Shown: piece by piece, positions 1-9,617 of the stretch | Numbering within the stretch: the stretch's first letter is position 1 | Layout of the letters: every line of letters starts with the position of its first letter | Assembly: GCA_965224195.1 (NCBI GenBank) | Contig: OZ245040.1 | Location: forward strand, 1,996,249-2,060,248 | Length of the DNA: 64,000 nucleotides | Direction of reading: 5' to 3' | DNA from: Nitrosopumilus sp. | GTDB lineage: Archaea; Thermoproteota; Nitrososphaeria; Nitrososphaerales; Nitrosopumilaceae | Program-made: the position numbers and the translations under genes | The notes under the pieces: generated by a model | Database searches by the model: none | The model's input: only the letters and a program-made list of their open reading frames with translations | Told to the model about the DNA's origin: nothing

Positions 1-84
1 AGATCCTGCAGCATTAGTTCCCTTAATCACTAATTTACGAGCTCGAAGAATATGTTTCTTAATTTGATAATAGTTAAGCCTCAT
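1..84 (-). CDS. Probable transketolase N-terminal subunit (5' end only, runs off window)
   Basis: Manual translation MRLNYYQIKKHILRARKLVIKGTNAAGS, resembling the transketolase N-terminus just before the GHxG motif. Confidence 0.55.
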   Translation of the reverse strand, partial: MRLNYYQIKKHILRARKLVIKGTNAAGS

Positions 85-186
85 CTGCAACATTATCCCT
101 ACAAATTGAATAAAAATCTACTTCTAAAGAAAACCACTTAATACGAAACTTCAAGAAAAGTAGGGATCTTAATACAAATCACACAA

Positions 187-753
187 TCAAGATCTCAAAG
201 AGAATTCTACTTTATCTAACATAAATTTTAAAAATACAGATAATGGTTTTTTTGTTACATGCTTTGCATTCCATTCCTTAACAAGATCATCATAGAACTT
301 CCACTCAGATGCATCTTTTTTAAGATGACTTACCATCATTTTCTCAAATTCTGCAAGATCCCAATCTACTGGGCACATTATATTGTCCATCTGGATTAAT
401 TTTCCATTTTTCATTGAGAATGGATATGATTTGCACACTCCAGGCTTGAAATCATTTACTGTGCATCTAAAGATGTCTTTAGTTTCTTCAAGGAATTCAC
501 ATCCACCATTTTTTTGTTTCAAGGCAAGATCAACTAGACCTTCTTCCACCTGAATTCCAAGAGAATAATCTTTTGCACCATAAATTTCTAAGAATTTTTT
601 AGGCGCCATCCCCAATCCTGTTGATAGTCTGTAAACATCATGGGCGTTTACAAATATCATATATTCTTTACAACAATCAGTATGACATGATACACAAGGG
701 AATTCTCCAGTTTTAGTATGGCTAGAATCATGATTATCTACAATTAATGTCAT
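187..753 (-). CDS. YkgJ-family cysteine-cluster (Zn/Fe-chelating) protein
   Basis: CxxCxxxCC, GCEFL, C-x7-PxxCxxYPF motifs. Confidence 0.85.
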   Translation of the reverse strand: MTLIVDNHDSSHTKTGEFPCVSCHTDCCKEYMIFVNAHDVYRLSTGLGMAPKKFLEIYGAKDYSLGIQVEEGLVDLALKQKNGGCEFLEETKDIFRCTVNDFKPGVCKSYPFSMKNGKLIQMDNIMCPVDWDLAEFEKMMVSHLKKDASEWKFYDDLVKEWNAKHVTKKPLSVFLKFMLDKVEFSLRS

Positions 754-821
754 AAATAATTAAAATAAAATTCAAGTATTAAGTTTGTAAAATTTTAATT
801 TGATCGTTATTCTATAATATT

Positions 822-1199
822 ATGGAAATTAAGGAAAATATTCCAATCGTATTATTTGATAATCAGTGTTATTTGTGTATGAGATTTGCAAATACAGTTA
901 ATTTTTTTGCCAGAGGTAAAATAACAATGGTAGGGCATTATTCAGAATTTGGGGAAAAAATTAGAAAGAATATTTTGGATGAATCAGCATTGGAAATGTT
1001 TTGGTTTATTAATCAAAAACGAGCATATGGAGGAAGAGCAGCTTTACTTCCTTTGATAAAATCAATTTTATCTAAAAAAACAAGAAAATCACCAATGTCT
1101 AAAATTAATGATGAATGTCAAAAAAATTGTAAAACAGTCAAAGCCGTATTTGTAAGATCAGCAAGTCTGATAACCAGCAGCAAGATAATAGATCTATAG
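822..1199 (+). CDS. DCC1-like thiol-disulfide oxidoreductase (DUF393)
   Basis: N-terminal VLFDNQCYLC (DxxCxxC). Confidence 0.75.
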   Translation: MEIKENIPIVLFDNQCYLCMRFANTVNFFARGKITMVGHYSEFGEKIRKNILDESALEMFWFINQKRAYGGRAALLPLIKSILSKKTRKSPMSKINDECQKNCKTVKAVFVRSASLITSSKIIDL

Positions 1200-1236
1200 T
1201 AAATCTAAATAATACTTTAAAAAAGAGAATTTCAAC

Positions 1237-2706
1237 ATGAAGATAAAAACTGAAAGTTCTGCAAAAAAGAAAACGAGTCTTCTATGTGGATTTGTACTAG
1301 AAAGTTCTAACAAAGTTCTAGGATTACCAAAATTTGACACTAAAACTGCATCGGCAATTAATCAATCTCTAAAAGATATGGAAGGAAAATTAGGTAAACT
1401 TAGCATTATTCCAATACCTGGAAAACCTATACAAAGAATCCTGCTTGCAGGTATAGGGAAAAAAGAGAATCTAACAAAAGATACTATTAGATTTACATCA
1501 GGAAAAATTGCTCAAAAAGCAAGAGAGTTAAAATTATCTGAATTTTCAATTATATCACCACCAAGTTTTGTAACAGACCCAATTTCTGCAGTGTCTCAGA
1601 TCATCGAAGGAACAAAAATGGCTCTTTACAAATTTGAAAAATTCAAGACTGAAAAAATTGAAACTTCACCAAATCTCACCATCATTGTTTCAAAATCAAA
1701 CAAAATTTCAAAAGCTGTCAAAATAGCTGAGATTGTTGCAGATGGTGCGATATTTACTAAAAGCATTGCCAATTTACCTCCAAACGAATGTACTCCTACA
1801 ACATTAGCAAATTTTGCAAAAAGTATGTCAAAGAAAAATAAAATGAAATGTAATATCATTTCAGAACCTGAACTAAAGAAAAAAGGCTTTGGTGGAATTT
1901 CAGCAGTAGGTAAAGGAAGTACCAATCAACCAAAATTAATTATTCTAGAACATAGTCGCGGTAGAAAAAATGACAAACCGATTGTCCTTGTAGGAAAAGC
2001 AGTGACATTTGATACAGGCGGCATTTCATTAAAACCAGGGGCAGCAATGGATGAGATGAAATTTGACAAATGTGGCGGATGTACAGTTTTAGGGATAATG
2101 AAATCTATTTCAGAGTTAAAACTACCAATCAATGTTGTAGGTATTGTTCCTTCAGTTGAAAATATGCCAAGTGGAGAAGCATACAGACCAGGAGATATTT
2201 TAAAATTGTACAGTGGAAAAACAGCTGAAATTCTAAATACAGATGCTGAGGGAAGATTGATTTTAGCTGATGCATTATCGTATGGAGAAAAACATTATTC
2301 TCCAAAAGCAATCATTGATTTTGCTACTCTTACAGGTGCATGTATTGTAGCACTTGGAACTAATGTAGCAGCAATTGTATCAAATGATGAAAAACTAACA
2401 AAGAAAATCAATGATTCTTCCAAAAGAACAACTGAAGAAGTTTGGGAATTACCATTGAATCAAGACTATATGGATATGATAAAATCAGATGTTGCAGATA
2501 TGAAAAATGTTGGAATTGGAAGAGCAGCTGGAACAATCACCGCAGCCGCATTTTTGAAAAATGCAATTGAAAAAACACCATGGACACATATTGATATTGC
2601 AGGAGTTGCATGGACACAAGGAGCTACAAAAGAAAAATCATACAATCCAAAAGGCGCTACAGGTTTTGGTGTAAGATTAATTTTAGATTATTTACAAAAT
2701 TTGTAA
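1237..2706 (+). CDS. pepA: Leucyl aminopeptidase (M17)
   Basis: GKAVTFDTGGISLKP, MKFDKCG, NTDAEGRL signatures. Confidence 0.97.
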   Translation: MKIKTESSAKKKTSLLCGFVLESSNKVLGLPKFDTKTASAINQSLKDMEGKLGKLSIIPIPGKPIQRILLAGIGKKENLTKDTIRFTSGKIAQKARELKLSEFSIISPPSFVTDPISAVSQIIEGTKMALYKFEKFKTEKIETSPNLTIIVSKSNKISKAVKIAEIVADGAIFTKSIANLPPNECTPTTLANFAKSMSKKNKMKCNIISEPELKKKGFGGISAVGKGSTNQPKLIILEHSRGRKNDKPIVLVGKAVTFDTGGISLKPGAAMDEMKFDKCGGCTVLGIMKSISELKLPINVVGIVPSVENMPSGEAYRPGDILKLYSGKTAEILNTDAEGRLILADALSYGEKHYSPKAIIDFATLTGACIVALGTNVAAIVSNDEKLTKKINDSSKRTTEEVWELPLNQDYMDMIKSDVADMKNVGIGRAAGTITAAAFLKNAIEKTPWTHIDIAGVAWTQGATKEKSYNPKGATGFGVRLILDYLQNL

Positions 2707-2708
2707 AA

Positions 2709-2837
2709 TTAGTATCCTCTACTATTTCTATCAGGTGCACTAACATTTGGATTTCTCCAACCATGTTTTTCCATCATATGATTTAGCAGTCGTATATCAT
2801 TGTCACATACTTCTCCACAAACACTACAATTTGGCAT
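2709..2837 (-). CDS. 42-aa C2H2 zinc-finger microprotein (not in ORF track)
   Basis: MPNCSVCGEVCDNDIRLLNHMMEKHGWRNPNVSAPDRNSRGY; CxxC-x12-H-x4-H; fills the gap between pepA and 5S rRNA. Confidence 0.7.
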   Translation of the reverse strand: MPNCSVCGEVCDNDIRLLNHMMEKHGWRNPNVSAPDRNSRGY

Positions 2838-2896
2838 ATCGAATTCACATCAATCCAATTAATTCAATATTAAAAGATTGATTGAAAAGTAGAAAA

Positions 2897-3012
2897 TGCC
2901 AGCACTGTTGCTTCCCAAGAGCTCTCGCATCTTAGTAGCACAACAGCGACATTAGGTTTGACTTCCAAGTTCGGAACGGGATTGGGTCGCACCCTAACGC
3001 TATGGCCGGCTT
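2897..3012 (-). rRNA. rrf: 5S rRNA
   Basis: Reverse strand GCCGGCCATAGCG...CCCGTTCCGAACTTGGAAGTCAAACC...GGGAAGCAACAGTGCTGGC, with 5S hallmark motifs and terminal helix. Confidence 0.95.
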
Positions 3013-3106
3013 GAAAATTGATGTCAAATTCTCATCTATTAACGTAACGCCAGATTTGAGTAATGCTCAAAATAGGTATAAAGCAAAGAAAATATCGAAT
3101 TACAAC

Positions 3107-4894
3107 ATGACTCATAGAGTAGCGGTTTTAGATCAGGATCTTTGTCAGCCACAAAAATGTGGTTTAGAATGTATAAAATATTGTCCAGTCAACAAATCAG
3201 GCGCAGAATGTGTTACTATAAACGAAGAATCAAAAAAGGCTCAAATTGATGAGGACATTTGTAATGGATGTGGAATCTGTGTCAAAGTGTGCCCTTTTGA
3301 TGCAATAACAATTGTCAATTTAGCAAGTGAACTAGCTACAGATAAAATTCATCAATATGGAATGAATTCATTTCGACTTTACAAATTACCTACTCCAAAG
3401 AAAGGTGAAGTTGTAGGACTTTTGGGAAGAAACGGAATGGGGAAAAGTACAGTAGTTAACATCCTATCAGGGAATCTTAAACCAAATTTAGGTAGATATG
3501 AAAATCCACCTGAATGGGATGAAGTTTTAAAACATTACAGTGGAACAGAGCTTAAGCAACATTTTGAAAAGATTGAACAAAAACAAATTCGAGCTTCAAT
3601 AAAACCCCAACAAGTACATCATATTGCTCAAGCGTTTGATGGGACAGGAAAAGAATTACTTGACAAATATGATGAACGAGGAGTATCAAGGGAATTAATC
3701 AAAACATTAGGATTAGAAAACTCAATGGAGCAAAATTTGAAAGAACTAAGTGGTGGTGAATTACAAAGAATTGCAGTTGCAGCAGCAGCATCTAAAGATA
3801 CAGAATTTTACTTTTTTGATGAACCATCTTCATACAACGACGTTTTCCAAAGAACAGGTGTAGCAAGAGTAATACAAAATTTAGCTAAAATTGGAAAAAG
3901 TGTAATGGTAGTAGAACACGATTTAACATTATTAGATTTTCTAAGTGATTATATCGAAGTATTATATGGAGAACCTACAGCATATGGAATCGTTTCAGGT
4001 ATTTTATCTACCAAAGTTGGAATCAATGTTTTTCTTGATGGATATTTACCAAATGAAAATGTAAGATTTAGAGATAAGAAATTTTCTTTTGATGTATCAT
4101 CTTCATCAACTGATATTTTTCAAGAAGGAAGTGATATTCTCACATATCCAAAACTAGAGAAAAGATATCCATCATTTTCAGTAGCAGTTGAGCCTGGAAG
4201 AGTCAGAAAAGGAGAGGTTTTAGGAATAATGGGAGCTAATGCACTGGGTAAAACAACTCTAATGAAAATGATTGCAGGAGTTGAAAAGTCAGATTCTGGC
4301 AGTATTAGTAAAAAAATCAAGATAGCATACAAGCCACAGTATCTCCAAAATGATCTTGATGTAGAAGTTCTTTCCGTATTAGAACAAGCAAATGGAGGTC
4401 AAGTTGAAGAAAGTATGGAAGAAGAACAAATTCTCGACCCATTAAAAATTAAAAAACTATACAATAAATCTATCAAAAAACTTTCTGGAGGAGAATTACA
4501 AAAAGTAGCTGTTGCATCATGTCTATTACAAAAAGTTGATTTGTATGCATTAGATGAACCTTCAGCATTTTTAGATGTAGAAGATAGAATCGCAGTAGCA
4601 AAATTTTTACAAAAGTTTGTACGCTCGTTTGGAAAGTCTGCAATTATTATTGATCACGATTTACAATTAATGGACTTGGTTTCAGATTCAATGATAATAT
4701 TTGAAGGAGAATCAGGTTCTGTAGGAATTGCTACATCGCCAATGCCAAAACCTGATGCAATGAATAGATTTCTCAAATCATTAGACATGTCATTTAGAAG
4801 AGACGAGAAAAGTCTAAGACCACGGGTAAATAAACTAGAAAGCAGATTAGATAAAGATCAAAAAACAAGTGGAAATTTCTACTACAAACATTGA
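3107..4894 (+). CDS. Ribosome recycling ATPase ABCE1/RLI
   Basis: N-terminal 2x[4Fe-4S] domain and two ABC domains; start moved to MTHRVAV because the longer ORF overlaps 5S rRNA. Confidence 0.96.
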   Translation: MTHRVAVLDQDLCQPQKCGLECIKYCPVNKSGAECVTINEESKKAQIDEDICNGCGICVKVCPFDAITIVNLASELATDKIHQYGMNSFRLYKLPTPKKGEVVGLLGRNGMGKSTVVNILSGNLKPNLGRYENPPEWDEVLKHYSGTELKQHFEKIEQKQIRASIKPQQVHHIAQAFDGTGKELLDKYDERGVSRELIKTLGLENSMEQNLKELSGGELQRIAVAAAASKDTEFYFFDEPSSYNDVFQRTGVARVIQNLAKIGKSVMVVEHDLTLLDFLSDYIEVLYGEPTAYGIVSGILSTKVGINVFLDGYLPNENVRFRDKKFSFDVSSSSTDIFQEGSDILTYPKLEKRYPSFSVAVEPGRVRKGEVLGIMGANALGKTTLMKMIAGVEKSDSGSISKKIKIAYKPQYLQNDLDVEVLSVLEQANGGQVEESMEEEQILDPLKIKKLYNKSIKKLSGGELQKVAVASCLLQKVDLYALDEPSAFLDVEDRIAVAKFLQKFVRSFGKSAIIIDHDLQLMDLVSDSMIIFEGESGSVGIATSPMPKPDAMNRFLKSLDMSFRRDEKSLRPRVNKLESRLDKDQKTSGNFYYKH

Positions 4895-5727
4895 CTCGAA
4901 TGTTGAAAAAAGCACTGGAAAATGTGCTTTCAGAGAAAGAAAGTAATGAATTAATTTCTGCTTTTGATCAGATAGGTGAAATAATTATTGTGAGGATTCC
5001 AGATTCACTTCTCTCAAAAAAGAAAATCATTGGAAAAGCATTGTTAGATGATGTAAAAATTGTAAGAAGTGTATTCTATCAAGCCTCTGCTGTAAGTGGG
5101 GATTTTCGAACAAGGGACTTAGAAATACTTGCAGGAGAAGACAATACAGGAACAGAATACAAGGAATTTGGATGTAGATTTACAGTAGATGTTGAAAATG
5201 CATTTTTTTCCCCTAGACTGTCTACTGAAAGAGAGAGAATTGCTAATTTGGTTCAAAATGGTGAGATAATGACTAACATGTTTGCAGGCATTGGAATGTT
5301 TTCAATAATGGCTGCAAAGAAGAAAAAGTGTACGGTATATAGTCTTGATATCAATCCGATTGCTTCAAAATTATGTGAAACAAATATTGGATTAAACAAA
5401 CTTGTTGGAAATATAATTTCAATTAATGGCGATGCGTCAAAAATTATCAAAGAGCAATTGATCAATAAATCCGATAGAACATTGATGTTATTACCTGAAA
5501 GATCAGATGAGTTTTTAGAATCAGCAATAGACACAACCAAAGATGGAGGCATCATTCATTATTATTCACATATTCATGCAGATAAAAAAACAGAAGCAGG
5601 GAAACTTTCAGAAGAACATTATCTTAAAGTCACTCCAGTAAAATCAGAAATATTACATTCAAAAATTGTCAGACCTGTAGGTCCAAGATATTATCAAACA
5701 GTTGTAGATGTTAAAATTTCTAAATAA
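4891..5727 (+). CDS. Trm5/Taw2-family tRNA methyltransferase
   Basis: AFDQIGEIII, FFSPRLSTERER, MFAGIG SAM-binding motif. Confidence 0.88.
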   Translation: MTRMLKKALENVLSEKESNELISAFDQIGEIIIVRIPDSLLSKKKIIGKALLDDVKIVRSVFYQASAVSGDFRTRDLEILAGEDNTGTEYKEFGCRFTVDVENAFFSPRLSTERERIANLVQNGEIMTNMFAGIGMFSIMAAKKKKCTVYSLDINPIASKLCETNIGLNKLVGNIISINGDASKIIKEQLINKSDRTLMLLPERSDEFLESAIDTTKDGGIIHYYSHIHADKKTEAGKLSEEHYLKVTPVKSEILHSKIVRPVGPRYYQTVVDVKISK

Positions 5728-5728
5728 C

Positions 5729-5947
5729 CTAATCTTCAGAAGTAATAGAAGCTGATGAAGGTTTTGTTGTGGCCATTACATACCCAATCCAAGTAATTAC
5801 TCCTAAAATTCCTCCTGCAATCATTAGAACAGATAGTTGTAGTACAATAGGGCTCCATTCAGAAAGCATTAACAAATATGCATAAAGGAAAAAACCACCA
5901 ATACATAAAACAAAAATGGTAATACCCATTACTTTTCGTTTATCCAT
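5729..5947 (-). CDS. Small two-TM membrane protein
   Basis: Two hydrophobic helices; directly downstream of rimI. Confidence 0.75.
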   Translation of the reverse strand: MDKRKVMGITIFVLCIGGFFLYAYLLMLSEWSPIVLQLSVLMIAGGILGVITWIGYVMATTKPSSASITSED

Positions 5948-5967
5948 GGCGAAGAATTTTTTGTGAG

Positions 5968-6477
5968 TTATTTATTGGTTTGAACTAATTCAATTGCCAT
6001 AAGATATGCATCCTCGCCATCTCGATAATAGGCGTTTAATTGTTGTCTGATTGCAAATCCCATTTTTTCATATAATCTGACAGCATCAGTATTACTACAT
6101 CTTACTTCTAAATAGAATTCATCACAATTTCTTAACTGTACACCATTGACAGATTCTTCTACTAGTGCATTTCCTATTCCTTTTCTTCGATGTTCCTCAA
6201 CTACTGCAATAGATACAACGTGACCTTTTTTTACAAAACCTAATTTCTTAAAATTTGAAAAGCCAAATTCAGTTTTACACATAATGTATCCAACATGTTT
6301 GCCTCCAATTTCAGCAATAATGAAAGCCTCAGGTAACTCAGCAAGTAAACTTTCGTAAAAATAATCTGAATAATGTTCAGGTAGAGTTTTTAGATTAATT
6401 TCCATTACAGAAATTAGATCGCTTGGTCCCGCTCTTCGAATATTACAATCCCCTAATTGTTTTAGAATTACTTGCAT
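5968..6477 (-). CDS. rimI: N-alpha-acetyltransferase RimI/Ard1
   Basis: LPEHY, GHVVSIAV..RRKGIG, LEVRxSN..A..LY, YYRDGEDA. Confidence 0.93.
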   Translation of the reverse strand: MQVILKQLGDCNIRRAGPSDLISVMEINLKTLPEHYSDYFYESLLAELPEAFIIAEIGGKHVGYIMCKTEFGFSNFKKLGFVKKGHVVSIAVVEEHRRKGIGNALVEESVNGVQLRNCDEFYLEVRCSNTDAVRLYEKMGFAIRQQLNAYYRDGEDAYLMAIELVQTNK

Positions 6478-6527
6478 GATGGGGCATAGTTTTATCAATA
6501 TTTAATTTTAAACCAAAAGACCATTTA

Positions 6528-7661
6528 ATGGAAAAATATAGTATTAAACAGATGGAGGATCCCTCACAAGAAGATATTATTTCATTAGTTAACTCTATAT
6601 TTCAGGTCAGTGATTTCACTAAAACTGAATTTTCATTAGAATTTAAAATTGAAGATATGGATTTCAAGTCAAAATTTGAAGGATTAGCAAGAAAATTAGA
6701 AGATATGAGATATGTTTGCAAATTAGAAAAGATGGAAGAGGGAGGACTATATGTCATCATTCAGAAATTCACCCCGAAGAAACAGAGAAAGTGGATGAGT
6801 ACATCATGGACTCCAAGAATATTGTTTGTAATTGTTATTTCATTTGTAATGGTAGATGGATACTATAGGACATCAGGTACAAATTCTATTGTAGAAATTG
6901 GAGATCCCCTAGAAATGGCAGCTGTGTATACACTGTCATTATTAGGAATTTTAGGAATTCATGAACTTGGTCATATTATTGCTGCAAAAGCACACGATCT
7001 AAAAACAACATGGCCATATTTCATTCCAGGACTTCCAATAATTGGAATTCCAACATTTGGGGCATTTATTCAATCAAAAGGATTAACGATTAATCGAGAA
7101 ATATTATTTGATGTTGCTATAGCAGGTCCAATTGCAGGATTAGTTATTGCAATAATAGTTTCAATTTATGGTGCATATACTGCGCCAATTTTAGATCCTG
7201 ATATTGCTGCAGGCTTGTTTGAGGAATCAAGATTGATTGAGTGGAATCAAGGAGAGCCATTATTGATGACTGCTAGTTTAGCATTATTTGGTAAAGGTGG
7301 GGCAGGACACGAAGTGATTATGACACCTGTAATGTTTGCAGCATGGATTGGTTTCTTAATTACATTTTTGAATTTATTGCCTGCATGGCAATTGGATGGT
7401 GGACACATGGCAAGAACATTGCTTGGGGTTAAACTTCACAAATATGCAACTTATGGAAGTATGGCAATTCTTGTTTTACTAAACTATTGGTTAATGGCAC
7501 TTTTAATTTTGTTTATGAGTTCAAGAAATCCTAGTGCATCTCCATTAGATGATGTTTCACCACTATCAAGAAATAGAAAACTTGCATATCTTGGAATTAT
7601 TGTATTAGCAGTTTTATGCGCACCTTTACCAACAGGATTTTGGTCAGGTATACTACCTTAA
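6528..7661 (+). CDS. Site-2 protease (M50)
   Basis: HELGH and NLLPAWQLDGGH motifs, multiple TM helices. Confidence 0.93.
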   Translation: MEKYSIKQMEDPSQEDIISLVNSIFQVSDFTKTEFSLEFKIEDMDFKSKFEGLARKLEDMRYVCKLEKMEEGGLYVIIQKFTPKKQRKWMSTSWTPRILFVIVISFVMVDGYYRTSGTNSIVEIGDPLEMAAVYTLSLLGILGIHELGHIIAAKAHDLKTTWPYFIPGLPIIGIPTFGAFIQSKGLTINREILFDVAIAGPIAGLVIAIIVSIYGAYTAPILDPDIAAGLFEESRLIEWNQGEPLLMTASLALFGKGGAGHEVIMTPVMFAAWIGFLITFLNLLPAWQLDGGHMARTLLGVKLHKYATYGSMAILVLLNYWLMALLILFMSSRNPSASPLDDVSPLSRNRKLAYLGIIVLAVLCAPLPTGFWSGILP

Positions 7662-8735
7662 CAATAATCTTGCACCATCAGTAACTACTGCAACTTTTTG
7701 GCGTGGCCCTTGAGTTTTTAGAATATAATCCATAGAATATTTTATACCCTGCATAGAAATCATATTTAATTTCTTAGCATAAAATTCAGGTAAAATTGAG
7801 ACTAGTCCTATTTGAAAATTCTTTTGTATTTCTGAAAGAAATAGTAAATTCTCCATTCCGTCAATGTATTTTGTGGGATTTCGTAATTGTTCTATAGTCA
7901 ATCTATCTTCAATGTATTGTTGAAGGGCATCAGAACCTAAACCACCTTTACATTCAGCAACTAAAATAGCAAGACCGTCTTTTTTAATTGCATTAGAGCA
8001 ATTCCAAAGTGAAGAAAATGAATTTCCAAGATTGTCATTACTTGCATCTTTTCCAGTACTTATCACCATTGTTTTATGTTGACCCACGTCTTTGATAGAA
8101 TTTGATTCTAGAATTTTTGTTGATGCAATAGTTTCTGAAGGATGTCCTATTGAGAAATCAACAATCCCTTCAGAATTTGCAATTATCTCTATTCCTTGAA
8201 TTTCAAAATTATCTGCAAATTTTTTTGCTTCAGTTAAACTTTCAGAGTATTGTCCAGGAGTAGGAAGATTGCCTTGTCTTTTTGCATATGCAGAAAGCAT
8301 TGATTCTTGACCAAATTTTTTGATAAGACGTGTGGAAATAGTCTCATATCCAAATAATCCATTGAATTCCATCTCACCCATGAATACTAGATTTGAATTT
8401 GAAATTCCTATATCCTCAAATTCATTAATTGAACTTCCTTCAGGCAGTCCAGACTTTACTAAATTTAGAATTTTTTTATCAGTTAGGATTTTGGGAAACG
8501 GTTTGGATTTTTGTTCACATAACGTAAACAAAGAAGAGATGATCTTTAGAATAGATTTAGAATTATGTAACACAACAAGTTCCATCGGTTTTGACAAATC
8601 AAGAGTGTTTAATTTTTCATTGATCGCTGAATCATCTAGAATTTTTCCCTCAGAATCAATTTTTTGCTCTAGATTTTCTGCCTTTATATCTAAAACGACG
8701 TCTGTAATTCCATAATTTAACCAAATTTCAGGCAT
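7653..8735 (-). CDS. LarA/lactate-racemase-fold protein
   Basis: N-terminal IWLNYG and C-terminal GxxILVAECxGGLGS, as in LarA-like proteins. Confidence 0.6.
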   Translation of the reverse strand: MPEIWLNYGITDVVLDIKAENLEQKIDSEGKILDDSAINEKLNTLDLSKPMELVVLHNSKSILKIISSLFTLCEQKSKPFPKILTDKKILNLVKSGLPEGSSINEFEDIGISNSNLVFMGEMEFNGLFGYETISTRLIKKFGQESMLSAYAKRQGNLPTPGQYSESLTEAKKFADNFEIQGIEIIANSEGIVDFSIGHPSETIASTKILESNSIKDVGQHKTMVISTGKDASNDNLGNSFSSLWNCSNAIKKDGLAILVAECKGGLGSDALQQYIEDRLTIEQLRNPTKYIDGMENLLFLSEIQKNFQIGLVSILPEFYAKKLNMISMQGIKYSMDYILKTQGPRQKVAVVTDGARLLLR

Positions 8736-8785
8736 ATTTATCACTCAATACAAAACAAAATAAATCCAATGTAGTTAACTTTTGT

Positions 8786-9391
8786 ATGGAATTTGTAAAA
8801 GAGTTTGCAACCTTTTTGCATCAAAATAGCATCATAAAATTTGGGGACTTTACACTAGCAAGTGGAAAAAAGAGTTCGTATTATGTAGATTTGAGATTAG
8901 TACCAAGTTATCCTATTGAATTTAGAAAAATGGTGAAATATCTTGAAAATGAGATTGGGCAAGATATTGGATTAGATAATTTTGATTCAATTGTGTCAGT
9001 ACCCACAGGAGGTTTAGTAATTGCATCAGCGTTGGCAATTGAAACCGTAAAACCGTTAATCTATGTAAGAAGTAAACCGAAAGATTATGGAACATCAAAA
9101 TCAGTTGAAGGTGAAATTCATGACGACATGAAAGTTGTAATGATTGATGATGTTGCTACTACTGGAGGTTCAGTAGTTAATGCCATCAAATCTTTGAAAG
9201 AAGTAAACATTACAGTAAAAGATGCTTATGTGATTGTAAACCGAATGGAGGGGGCGGATGAAGCATTGTTAGAATTAGGAGTCAAAATGCATTCAATTCT
9301 AAATATTTTACAAATTACAGAGGCTTTGTTTGAACAAAATCTCATTGATGCAAGTGTCTTAGAAAAAGTGAAAAAACAAATCAGTAAATGA
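8786..9391 (+). CDS. pyrE: Orotate phosphoribosyltransferase
   Basis: FTLASGKKSSYYVDLR, VMIDDVATTGGS. Confidence 0.96.
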   Translation: MEFVKEFATFLHQNSIIKFGDFTLASGKKSSYYVDLRLVPSYPIEFRKMVKYLENEIGQDIGLDNFDSIVSVPTGGLVIASALAIETVKPLIYVRSKPKDYGTSKSVEGEIHDDMKVVMIDDVATTGGSVVNAIKSLKEVNITVKDAYVIVNRMEGADEALLELGVKMHSILNILQITEALFEQNLIDASVLEKVKKQISK

Positions 9392-9396
9392 GTTTT

Positions 9397-9460
9397 GGCT
9401 GCTCAGTCAAATGCCTTCCAATCATCAATTCAGATATAACTCTGATTCTTCATCGCGGCC
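9397..9460 (-). ncRNA. Probable box C/D guide sRNA
   Basis: Reverse strand GGCCGC-G-ATGAAGA(C)-13 nt-CTGA(D')-AT-TGATGA(C')-15 nt-CTGA(D)-GCAGCC, with terminal stem. Confidence 0.75.
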
Positions 9461-9502
9461 AGATAATTTTTAATTCGCTCATTTTAAAACTAATGGAAAT
9501 AA

Positions 9503-9576
9503 TGGGCCCGAAGGGCTTCGATCCCTTGGCTCACCGGTTATGAGCCGGTTACTCTACCAAGCTGAGTTACGGGCCC
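9503..9576 (-). tRNA. tRNA with CAT anticodon, most likely Ile2 rather than Met
   Basis: Cloverleaf GGGCCCG...ACCGG CTCATAA CCGGT...CGGGCCCA; GGGCCC acceptor stem is typical of archaeal Ile tRNAs. Confidence 0.9.
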
Positions 9577-9617
9577 TAAGCAAAGGAATTTTTTCTCAGG
9601 TATAAAATGTTATGAGA

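Noticed and set aside
3002-3106. N-terminal extension of ABCE1 in the ORF track
   Set aside because: Overlaps the 5S rRNA gene; the family-like sequence starts at 3107.
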